Below, in pieces: positions 25,662 through 36,891 of a stretch of DNA of 64,000 nucleotides (within the stretch, counting starts at the first letter, position 1; every line of letters starts with the position of its first letter). Origin of the DNA: Podarcis vaucheri (lineage: Eukaryota); NCBI GenBank assembly GCA_965113315.1, contig OZ220367.1; one strand, written 5' to 3'. The notes under the pieces are model-generated. The model was not told the DNA's origin. It was given only the letters and a program-made list of their open reading frames with translations, and searched no databases. The translations under genes were made by a program, and so were the position numbers.

Positions 25662-28196
25662 CTATAGAAGAGGGTATAATGTCAGTATAGTTTAGCATAA
25701 GCTTAAGATCAGCACTGTGCAATATTCTTCTAAAGTATTTCCTCTGCTCGAAAAATGGAAAACTCTAAGGTAAGTGATGGCTCTGCCAAGGAGAAATTAT
25801 TCTTATTTTGTTCAGCAAAAAAAAAAAAAAAGGATAGGAAGGATAAAGCAGATTCTAGACAATGGAATTGAAATATTTGCCATTTACACCAGATACAAAC
25901 AGGATGGCGCTGCTGAGAAAACATCTGGTAATCATGAGTTTGATTCCTGTTGCAAAGAGTACAGACACCCCCCACCCTCTGCCCCACAGTTCAATATAAT
26001 GCCAAAAGAAGGGACTTGGCATTTTGTTTCTTGACTCAATAAAAAGTCCCCTAGCATCTGACCACGGTTTGAGCCTCTCAATGGGGTTCCACCTACCACA
26101 CTGAGAATCACTCCAAAAAAATGATGGGTAATTCTATACAGAGCCCAATGTATCCCTAAAGTAGCTCTCTGTATGCTTATTGCATTCATGTAAACCATGT
26201 TAATATTCCAGCACTGCTTTATGTGACATTTTAAAAAGTTTTTCAATCTTTTAACAATTGAAAAAGTTGAAGAATGTGCTAGAGTTAGGAAAATTTCATT
26301 TTACAGACTCGCTTGTTTCCTTTTGAGCTTCACTGTAATAAATATGAATGCTGCATTTTTTCCACTTCTGTTGGAGATGAAATTAGTAAGATCAGGCATA
26401 TATATACTGACAACAAAAAGATCCATCAGAAATTTAAATACCATACTTTGATCCACAATAGGAAACCAAATAGAAAAGTTCTTCAGATAACATAAGTATT
26501 CAGCACACACTAAGGAACACAATAGTCTGTGATATTTGCTGGACTGAGAAAGGTCTCTGGACAATCTGGATATATTTTTGGCACCCTTCCCTTTAAAATG
26601 TCAGCACTGTATCGTGCTAAGCCCATCAACTCTTATCCAGAAGAGCATTCCAGTATTTATGTGGACAAACAGTACATACAAGTTTTATTATACGTAAAAG
26701 CTTTGCTTGATCAGAGGCAGACAGAACAGAACCTTGCACACTATATAATTTAGAGCTACTCTATGTCAGTCAAATAACCAAGGAAATTTAAAAGAAATTA
26801 ATGTTGCCGTACATAAGCAACGGAAAGAAATTTAGCTCTGCTAATCTACACTTTCGAACGACTGGACTGTAGCGGACACAGAAGGCTAAGTCAAATGTCT
26901 CACTGTTTTTTTATGCATCCACTGAGTACAGCCACCACCACTGGTATAATGTCAACTTATTTAGGTTTAGGTTTCTACAATGTTGTCATTCAGGTCACAT
27001 GTTGTCCTTTCTCTCCCACTGATGAACTAGTATGGGACTTGTGAGACACCCTTGCCAGTCACTCCTATGATGGAAATGGTATCAAGATTTTATAACCACG
27101 CATAATCAAAAAGCCGGATACTGTCATGACAAGCTGCCTTCGATGCTCAGGTATATCTGTGTCTGCTTCACTTATGGTTTTTCCAACACCGATGACAGAT
27201 ATCTGTGTAAGAAAAAGTGTATGCACTATATATAAATATATTGTCACAACTGACAAACATGCACCTGAATGTTTTTGTAGTTTAAGCATTCAATGGGAAA
27301 ACCGTTGTAGACAGGTTTGACCTTTGGTATTGGCGAGTCACAATGTGGGGAACATGGTCCCCAAGAGAAACAAAATCACAGAATGTTTTCCAGAATTACT
27401 TCAGTGACATTAACTGGATAAAAATGGACTGGAAGGAAGCTGTATCCATTAGTCTACAATATTGTTGACAAACACATTATTGGTATATAAAATGACTTCC
27501 ATATAGTGTTTGTCAGATGTCAGTAGAAAGGATATATATTTCATAGTAAAATCAAAAATAATGGAGTCAGAAAGCTAAGAGGGTAGAGACAAAAAAAATC
27601 AATACTAACTCATTGGACAGCAAGTCCTTTCACTCTGGTCAGACTGAAAATACAGAACTATTTGTATCAGTGACTGTTGATGCCATTTTTCATACATAAA
27701 TCATTCCTTCTATAAGAATTACAATTAAGCTTGCTCCCAGTAGCTCTGTTCTTTTTATCTTATTACTAATGCGGGTGGGAAAACTTGGAGAAATAAGCAT
27801 ACATGGGAAACTATCAATGCACTTGTGTGGGAGGCTTGTCAAGACCTTTTTGTGATAACCTTCAGTTTTAATGTGTCTGCTCATACAGGCTTACGTCTGT
27901 AAGTCAACACAATCATACAGCAGCAGTAACCTTCTGAAAACAGCAGGTGGCATTGTATTACCAGTTAAACCACAATGCATAACAGAAGGGCTTCAGAGGC
28001 CTTAAGTATCCAGAATTCATCTTATTTCAAAAAACCAAACATCTTTCAAGATTGTGACTCCTTTTGTTTTAACTTAAGAATATTTGTATTAATGATTTCT
28101 TTTTTGTGTGTAAACCTGGCTTTCGTAAGTACCTTTAATGTATGTGCTGTTCCTATTTTTAGGGGGGGGGGCAGCTTTTTCAGTGGCTAACATGAT

Positions 28197-28630
28197 ATTG
28201 TTGTTGTTTAGTCGTATCCGACTCTTCGTGACCCCATGGACCAGAGCACGCCAGGCACTCCTGTCTTCCACCGCCTCCCGCAGTTTGGTCAAACTCATGC
28301 TGGTAGCTTCGAGAACACTGTTCAACCATCTCGTCCTCTGTTGTCCCCTTCTCCTTGTGCCCTCCATCTTTCCCAACATCTTTTCCAGGGAGTCTTCTCT
28401 TCTCATGAGGTGGCCAAAGTATTGGAGCCTCAGCTTCAGGATCTGTCCTTCCAGTGAGCACTCAGGGCTGATTTCCTTCAGAATGGATAGGTTTGATCTT
28501 GCAGTCCATGGGACTCTCAAGAGTCTCCTCCAGCCCCATAATTCAAAAGCATCAATTCTTCAGCGATCAGCCTTCTTTATGGTCCAGCTTTCACTTCCAT
28601 TCATCACTTTAGCTTTAACTATACGGACCT
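28197..28630 (-). mobile_element. BovB (RTE) LINE 3' fragment
   Basis: RVPWTAR.SN.SILKEISPECSLEGQILKLRLQYFGHLMRREDSLEK; (CAA)n tail; possible 9-bp TSD TGGCTAACA at 28184-28192 and 28634-28642. Confidence 0.92.
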
Positions 28631-29271
28631 ATATGGCTAACAGGGTATGTGGCATGTAGCAATTACACTTCACAAACATAATTAGGAGCTCCAGCACAGC
28701 CAGAGAGGAAGTAAAAGGGGGCAAATATTTCTTTTAAAAACAAAAACATAATCTATATAATACAAAATGATAGAAAACTAGTATCTTGTGAACCACTCTA
28801 TTTAAATGTTACAACCCCAAAAATGGTATGCCAAAATATGCTTATCAGACAATTTTCTAATAACAGAACTCTGCCCAAGGAAAAGCAACAAGGAAAAACA
28901 ACAAAGAATCCTGTGGGACCTTTTAAGATTAGCAAATTTCTTACAGCATAAGATGTTGTGGTCTTCTGATATAGCTGTTGCAGTGTTTTAAAGGACACTG
29001 CAACAAGAAACCATTAAATTACAATGTTTCAAGCGGTTCAATTCTGTCACCTGTGGCTTGAATTGGGCTAATGGGCTTTTATTACATTACACGTGTTAAT
29101 TAGCTTACCGATGTCAGGATGTTTGTGTTATCGTTGATGCTGCTTTGTGAATGGTCACTGTTAATAATAATAATATAATTGTCGCTGTCTGTGCTTTCTG
29201 AGTCTCTTTTCCCTCTGGCCTCACTGTTTACAATCCCTTCCAACCATTTGTGTACTTGTATGTATGTCACT

Positions 29272-29957
29272 CAACATCAAAAAAAACGAAGATCATGGCC
29301 ACTGGTCCAATCACCTCCTGGCAAATAGAAGGAGAAGAAATGGAGGCAGTGAGAGATTTTATTTTCTTGGGCTCCATGATCACTGCAGATGGTGACAGCA
29401 GTCACGAAATTAAAAGACGCCTGCTCCTTGGGAGAAAGGCGATGGCAAATCTAGACAACATCTTAAAAAGTAGAGACATCACTTTACCAACAAAGGTCCG
29501 TATAGTTAAAGCCATGGTTTTCCCAGTAGTGATGTATGGAAGTGAGAGCTGGACCATAAAGAAGGCTGATCGCCGAAGAATTGATGCTTTTGAATTATGG
29601 TGCTGGAGGAGACTCTTGAGAGTCCCATGGACTGCAAGAAGATCAAACGCATCCATTCTTAAGGAAATCAGCCCTGAGTGCTCACTGGAAGGACAGATCC
29701 TGAAGCTGAGGCTCCAATACTTTGGGCCACCTCATGAGAAGAGAAGACTCCCTGGAAAAGACCCTGATGTTAGGAAAGATGGAGGGCACAAGGAGAAGGG
29801 GACGACAGAGGATGAGATGGTTGGATAGTGTTCTCGAAGCTACAAACATGAGCTTGACCAAGCTGCGGGAGGCGGTGGAAGACAGGAGTGCCTGGCGTGC
29901 TCTGGTCCATGGGGGGTCACGAAGAGTCGGACACGACTAAACGACTAAACAACAACA
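29272..29957 (+). mobile_element. BovB (RTE) LINE 3' fragment
   Basis: KKTKIMATGPITSWQIEGEEME.V.DFIFLGS.ITADGDSSHEIKRRLLLGRKAM...; (CAA)n tail; 12-bp TSD ATGTATGTCACT at 29260-29271 and 29958-29969. Confidence 0.95.
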
Positions 29958-31508
29958 ATGTATGTCACTGATTTGTTAAGTCTTTTTAAGAGGTCAATGG
30001 ACTCCGTTGGCTTTGTTGCAACACACTCACCCTTCTGAAAACTGTCAAGGAAAAGGGGCTTTAAAACACTTACTGGTAAGCATCAAAATAAGTTCAACAT
30101 ATACAGTATCCCTACTCAGCCATAAAGCCCTCTGGGTGACCTTGGGCCTGTCAAGGCCACAAAGCATAATCTACCTCACAGGGGGTTTGTGGGGGTTAAA
30201 TGACGATTGAATGCCCAGGCAGCATGGATCCCAAAGGGTATTGGGAGGGGAAACTGCCAGGAAAGGAAGCTGTGGGGAGGAGGGGGAAAGGAAGAAGAGA
30301 AATGTCACAGGTCCGTGGAACCTTCTCATGTGGCCACTTTCTTACTCTCCAGGTTTCTGCCCCACGGCAATAAATATCTGAGGACGCAAGAAAGCAGGGC
30401 ATTTTCGGTGGCAGCCCCAGTTCTATAAAACACATCTTGGTACCATACATTTTAACCTAGGGCTAGCAACTTTTTTAAAATTGAAAAAGGGCCATATTTT
30501 ATTACTGAGCAACAATAGAAGGGCCAGCAAGAGTGATCCGACCCAACTGAATGAATCCTGGATAAGTCAGGACTTGGGAAAATAGGCCACTTAAGTCTCC
30601 TTTTCAGTGTGAGAAGCAAGATGAGCTTTGACCCAGCAACTCTTCCTTTACTCACCTCAGTTGCTCACCACCTTCTCTCATGCTTTAGGTCTGGAGCTAG
30701 CACAGCTAAAGTGCATAAGAGTTGTGGTGATGTCTCAGCCAAAGCTTTTCTTGCTCTCTGTTGCTGTTTTTTAGCTTAAAAAGATTTCTTCCTCGTGTAA
30801 GTCACATACATAGGTCAAATGACACATTAGGTTTTATCCAGCATTGGTCATACTCAGAGTAGATCTATTAAAGTTAATTGGCCTGACAGGTCCTTTAATT
30901 TCAGTGGGTTTACTCTGAGTAGAACTTAATTGGATACAATCCCTTTCTTGTATTGGGTAAATGTACTTTCATTCAGCAAAATGATTAAGATGTTACACCA
31001 ATGTTAACTCAGTGTTTTCCAGCCACCTAATGTGTATATAAAAAAGACATATAATTACAAAGAAAGGTATAAGAATTCATAGGACAAAATGGTACAGAAC
31101 ATCAATAATATCCTGAAGGATGCTGGACGTCTGCTGCATTTTCACACACACAGAGAGAGGCTGAATAAAGTTTCATCTTGCAGCATATGAGCAAGCCAGA
31201 CTGCAGCCTCTGCTGTTGCTGCTAGCTGTCCATTTTAATTCTTGAATTCTTATTGACTCTAATTAAAATTCTATAGATGGAAGAGCTGTAGGTTTCTCAG
31301 GAACTTGCCAGTGAATGTTGTCTGCCAGCCATCTCCAAACACCCCATAACCACACACAACCAGCCTGTCAGGAGAGCTAATGCAGACATTGTGGGGCACA
31401 CCACATTTGTCACTGTGGCTAATATCAGAGATACTCAGCTCTTTTTTTCTCAGCACACAAAAGCACGATATGTAATTCAATGCTCAATTTACCCTTGTCT
31501 CGTAGGAG

Positions 31509-31712
31509 NNNNNNNNNNNNNNNNNNNNNNNNNNNNNNNNNNNNNNNNNNNNNNNNNNNNNNNNNNNNNNNNNNNNNNNNNNNNNNNNNNNNNNNNNNNN
31601 NNNNNNNNNNNNNNNNNNNNNNNNNNNNNNNNNNNNNNNNNNNNNNNNNNNNNNNNNNNNNNNNNNNNNNNNNNNNNNNNNNNNNNNNNNNNNNNNNNNN
31701 NNNNNNNNNNNN
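31509..31712. other. Assembly gap (N run)
   Basis: Run of N. Confidence 1.
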
Positions 31713-32650
31713 ATCCAAAGGTAATGCTTTGTGCTCTGATCTTAAAGGCAATTACTAGCTTCTTCTATCTTTTATATATCCATAGTAAAAAAAACAAACA
31801 ACCCAAAAAACTTTATATAGTATATATAACACATCTAAAGTATGTGGCTTATTACCAATATATAGCATACACATTGTAGTTAGACATGTAGGTAGACAGA
31901 AAGAGAATACAAGCACACAGAGAAAATCACTAAAAGGGTCATATATATACATAGGCCACAGAGCTTAAAAAGAAACTATTCAGTTAGAAGCAGCTGTGGC
32001 TCTCAGTAGCTCTCATTCAGTTCAGTTGCACATACTTTTATTCTCTCCCCTCCTCATATAAGTGAATAACTGGAATCACTGCCATTCCCTCCTCCAGGGA
32101 AATGTAAAACTGTGACGTTGGGCACATGGCTGGGATGAAGGCAAAACCAGACCACCTCCACCCCAACCAACACTGACATACAGTGAGAGGGGGTTCTCAG
32201 GGAGCGCACAGTGATGCACTGCCTAGCCCTGGTGAAACCCCTACAATAAATGGACCTTCAGTGTCAGCCCCACCTGTGGAAAAAACACGGGCATTTTGTT
32301 AACATTAAATAAGCACGACTGCAAAAAGCACCCTGCTTATAATCAAAGATGTGGAATGCTAATATTAAACAGATAAATTAAGCAACAAGCCTTGGGAGGC
32401 TTTCAGTTATAATTTATCCTAATTGGAAAAACAGCAACTGCGCAGACACATTTTTTTCATGCTGCTCATTTGCTACACATGTGCCACAAGATCAAATGAA
32501 ACTTTCAGAAGACATGAGCATATATATCCCAGAAGAACACAAATTGCCATGTGGCAACATGTGGTACAAGAACATGGTTTTACTTTAATTCAAGTAATGA
32601 TCCATCATGAGGAACCACACAGAAGTTTGTTATACATCCAGCTGTACCAT

Positions 32651-32652
<2 letters not shown>

Positions 32653-32700
<48 letters not shown>
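32653..32700. repeat. (TA)n microsatellite
   Basis: Direct reading. Confidence 0.95.
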
Positions 32701-32702
<2 letters not shown>

Positions 32703-32953
32703 TTTCGTAGATTTTCACGGGTACAGGAATGCAGGTTTTGGTGTCTTCGGGTGTCTTCCCGTGTAAGAGTCGGGGTGTCTGGGCGACGTTTCGACGAGGT
32801 CTCACTCGTCATCTTCAGGCTGGAGCTTTACTGGCTGGAGCCAGTAACAAGAAGCCGAAAGCTCCAGCCTGAAGATGACGAGTGAGACCTCGTCGAAACG
32901 TCGCCCAGACACCCCGACTCTTACACGGGAAGACACCCGAAGACACCAAAACC

Positions 32954-32958
<5 letters not shown>
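32701..32958. mobile_element. Penelope-like element terminal sequence in inverted (foldback) arrangement, within a (TA)n tract
   Basis: Perfect 101-bp inverted arms 32729-32829 and 32858-32958 with a 28-nt spacer; each arm carries the hammerhead core CTGAAGA-T-GACGAG-TGAGAC-CTCGTC-GAAACGTC; (TA)n on both sides. Confidence 0.7.
32869..32902 (+). ncRNA. Minimal hammerhead ribozyme motif (mirror copy on the minus strand at 32785-32818)
   Basis: CUGAAGA, one extra U, 6-bp helix II, GAAA, palindromic ACGU in place of helix III, GUC cleavage triplet; helix I has only about 2 bp. Confidence 0.55.

Positions 32959-33043
<85 letters not shown>
32957..33043. repeat. (TA)n(CA)n compound microsatellite
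   Basis: Direct reading. Confidence 0.95.
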
Positions 33044-33046
<3 letters not shown>

Positions 33047-33789
33047 CAACTGCTGGCAAAGAAAGCCTGTAGAAGAATGCAGATGTATAAGAAATGCAGA
33101 TTTACAGGAAACTACTACTACTCTGTGCCATGACCCCAAAGTAGCTCAAGGAATCCTTGATCTCCCTACACTATTGATAGCTTACAGCTGGATTCCCAGC
33201 AGAGATAACAAAATCAGTGTGGATTACAAAATACTTTGACTCTTCTGATAGGTGCAGTAAATGTTCTTGTTTTGGTTTCTTGTGCAGTTTTTGCTATGTA
33301 TGATAGATTAATGTTTACTGATTTTTTAAAAACATGTTTTGGGGTTTTGTGTTTGTTTCAGTACTAGAACAGATCCATCCTGAAAAACGGGGAAAGTGGA
33401 ATACAATTTCATTATCTGCCTAAGGGGTCACTCATAGCTACAGCCTTACGTCTCCGAAGAAAAGCTTAGGATACAGTTAACATGGAGATTCAAATGCTTG
33501 CTTTGTGCTACTAGTTATCTTCACTGTTATTTGTAAAATTCCCTTTCTCAAAGAAATTACCATTAAGAATCACTTGGAGTCAATCTGATCTTGTTCATAC
33601 AGATGAACAAATTGACAAGTTGTTGTTGTTGTTGTTTTATACCCCACCCATCTGACTGGGTTACCTCAGCCACTAAGAGCAACTTCCAACATATATAAAA
33701 ACATAAAAATAGTATTTTTTTTTAAAAAAAGAAAATCAGACAAACAACAGTTGGCTTATTTCCCAGTGGCTGCTGTTTATTTCATAGCA

Positions 33790-34053
33790 GGTAAGGTCCC
33801 CTGGATGGTTAAGTCCGGTCAAAGGCGACTCTGGGGTTGCGGCGCTCATCTCACTTTTCAGGCAGAGGGAGCCAGTGTTTGTCCACAGACAGCTTTCCGG
33901 GTCATGTGGTCAGCATGACTAAACCACTTCTGGTGCAACGGGACGCTGTGATGGAAACCAGAGCGCACAGAAACACTATTTACCTTCCTGACGCAGCGGT
34001 ACCTATTTATCTACTTGCACTGGTATGCTTTTGAACTGCTAGGTTGGGTAGCA
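33790..34053 (-). mobile_element. 5'-truncated Sauria SINE with 32-bp flanking direct repeat
   Basis: SINE body reversed; direct repeats 33758-33789 and 34054-34085 with 2 mismatches. Confidence 0.82.
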
Positions 34054-34325
34054 ATTTCCCAGGGGCTACTGTTTATTTCATAGCATTCCATACCAGAATA
34101 GACACTGCAATACAGAGAGGTTGGGATAATATTTTATATATGTAATGTTTATTTTTTATTTTAAAGAAAGCAAACATTAAATAAACAGATGCTCCGGCGA
34201 GGGAATCATAGTTCATTGCACACAGAAGGCCCCAGCTTTAATCTTTGGCATCTCCAGTATGATACCAAGTGGCTGGAAAGGAGTCTGCTTGGAACCCTGG
34301 ACAGCTGAAGCTGGTCAGTGGAGGG

Positions 34326-34326
34326 A

Positions 34327-34370
<44 letters not shown>

Positions 34371-34371
34371 A
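34326..34371. repeat. (GAAA)n microsatellite
   Basis: Direct reading. Confidence 0.95.
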
Positions 34372-36796
34372 TCCCTCAATTTTTATGGGCTTAATGCTTT
34401 CATTGCCCTGCAGCTGCTATGTTCTCTTAAATCCAGGTGCTCAGTTTGGGAGCTTTCCTTTTGTTGTGCCTCATCCAACCACAGAGAACTTATACTACAA
34501 TCAAGTGTTATATAAATTTTGTTAAAATTCTTGATGTTAGCCTGCACCCATTGAATGTGTGCTGAACCACCAGGGACCATGGATTCATATCTTCCAGTTT
34601 GACTCAAGTTTTGGGGCATTTACCTCAAACTATGCTAGACATTCAGGTAGTAAAAGTGTTTAGCATTTAATATTCTGCTGTGAATTGTTTTAATTGATTT
34701 TAATACTGTATTACTATATTGTTGTAGCCCGTCTTGGAGCTTTATGGTGAAGGGCGGGTAAGAAAGCCTATAAATAAATAAAATGACATTTGAAATTACC
34801 ACAAGATTGATATGACACAGGGAAGTAATCAAAACTTGATCTACCAGGACAATTTGTTTACAGAATATACTTAATCCATCACTTGATATTCTGATTAAAA
34901 ATGATTGGCACTAGGCAAACAACAATTTGTACTTAATGGATTACAGACTTGTTAACAAATACTCAAACATAATTTTGTGTTTGGCATTACATCCCACCAC
35001 TTGTGTACCAGATGCCAGTGACCTCAAAAATCTTATGGAAGGCAGCAATTGTGAAGTCTGCAGATGTCATAAAATAACTGAAAGTAAGAATTGGATATAC
35101 ACAGTAGATGGTGATAACAGGAGAAATCAGAACAATTGTTACGTTTCTCCTCTGCTAATGCAAATAATCTTAATGAGCGTTTCCTCTGACCTCCATGCAG
35201 TATCCCATGTGCTACAAAAACAGAGCTTTTCACTCTTGACATCAGCCCATCTTGCCTATCTTAAATTAGAAATTATATTGGTAAGAAACCTTGAAAGCCC
35301 TGGCAAAAGGTGTAATAGCAAATGAACATTAGCTTCAGATATAAGGAGGAAAGTTTGGCATCAGAAATATCCCCTTGCCATATGGGGAAACATGTTAACT
35401 TGAATTTGCTATTCTTGAGTGGGAGATCAGGAGAAAGGAGAAAGAAAAGACAGAAATGGAAGAACAATGAAACTTGAGATAATTCCTTGTGACATGCGTA
35501 ACAGCTGCCAAGGAGACAATCGTTTCACCAATCTCATAATACGAAGTCCTCTTAGATCCATCTGTAAAGAAATAGGTTGCTCTAGCAGAACAGAGCTGTG
35601 TGTAGCACAGAAGTACAAAGCAGAATGTGTAGATTATTTACTTAACTTAAATAGTGTTAAATCAGAAGATTTTAAAATTATGAAATATTTTAACAACACA
35701 CAAACAAACAAACAAACAAGCTATAAGCACTTCACATTTACATTTCACCATAAACTGCTTCCTTAAAATGGCTTACATGATTTTTGAATAACTTTCACAC
35801 TTAGGATCTAAACAACCAGGAAACGAATTCCAGAAAAAGGTAACAGCCACTCAGAAGACATCTCTACATGCCTCTGTTATTCCTAAGTGACCAAGAGAGG
35901 ATGCAAAGAAGAGGATAGTATTAGCTGAGTGTAGGGATTGTATGCCACCAAGTTAATACAGAGCCACATTTAGCAGCTTTTGTTTTAACTCCCTCTACTA
36001 GGGATGAGAGAAAATTTCAAAGTACTATTCTAGAATAATCACTCCAGTTCTTAAGGCTGGAGTGGGGAACCCTCTCCTCCCCAACAATTAGGGTGTTTCT
36101 TTTAAGGCTTCCATAGGTGACAGTGGAAGCTTTTTAGAAGCACAATTGCTGCCTGGGTGCATTTTCATATGAGGGTCTGCAGCTAAAGAACGAAGGGCAT
36201 GTGCTGCCCCCTCCCCACCCAAAAACTGCTGCTCCTTTAGCTAGGCAATTAGGCTTGAAAACAGCTTTCCTTTGGAGCCAATTTGAGGCTTTTTTCAAGC
36301 CTAACTGCCAAGACGGAGAAGGCAGCTAGGGAGTAGGATATTAACCCTCCCAGCACCGTGGGCTGCAGTCTTCAAGAAGATCACCACCTTAGCCATTTAG
36401 CTTGGGGGGAAAGCTCCAATGTTTTCTTCAAGCCTAATTGCTTGGTGGTGGGAAGTGACAAAATATGTTTTGTGTGTGTGTGTGCGAGGGAGAGAGAGAG
36501 AGAGAAATAGGTGTGGGTGTGAATAAACTGCTGTGTGTTATATACACACTGTGCTATTTTTCCAGAAAAAGAGGTGCCAGAACTCAACATGAACACCTAC
36601 CTTGTTCTCTTATAGTGGCAATGGCACCCACCTGAGAGATGCCAGAACTCAGTTCCAGTGAGCTCCAACTGAAAAAAAGCCCTGGTTATATGCGAGAACA
36701 CATATGTGTGGATTCTGTAAGTGTGTATGACCAAAGAAGAGGTGTATCCACTTTTTGCATTGGCCCCACCCAACACTGGTAAACAGATCCCAGAAG

Positions 36797-36891
36797 TCAA
36801 AATAAAAAAATTCCTTCCAGTAGCACCTTAAAGACCAACTAAGTTAGTTCTTGGTATGAGCTTTCGTGTGCATGCACACTTCTTCAGATAC
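36797..36891 (-). mobile_element. 95-bp Penelope-like terminal fragment with 14-bp TSD
   Basis: ACAGATCCCAGAAG repeated at 36783-36796 and 36892-36905; insert has TAGCACCTTAAAGACCAAC...GAGCTTTCGTG...CTTCTTCAGATAC, typical of sauropsid Penelope ends. Confidence 0.85.
36854..36891 (-). ncRNA. Minimal type I hammerhead ribozyme motif
   Basis: Minus strand GUAU-CUGAAGA-A-GUGUGCAUGCACAC-GAAA-GC-UC|AUAC: helix I GUAU/AUAC, intact core, palindromic helix II, palindromic AGCU in place of helix III. Confidence 0.75.

Noticed and set aside
28895-28955. Third Penelope-like remnant (AACAAAGAATCCTGTGGGACCTTTTAAGATTAGC)
   Set aside because: Too short and degenerate, with no hammerhead core or TSD visible.
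31391-31879. ORFs spanning N runs (also 59869-60374)
   Set aside because: Artefacts of assembly gaps.
32423-33139. Mirror-image ORFs with YIYI/HTHT repeats
   Set aside because: Produced by the microsatellites and the palindrome.
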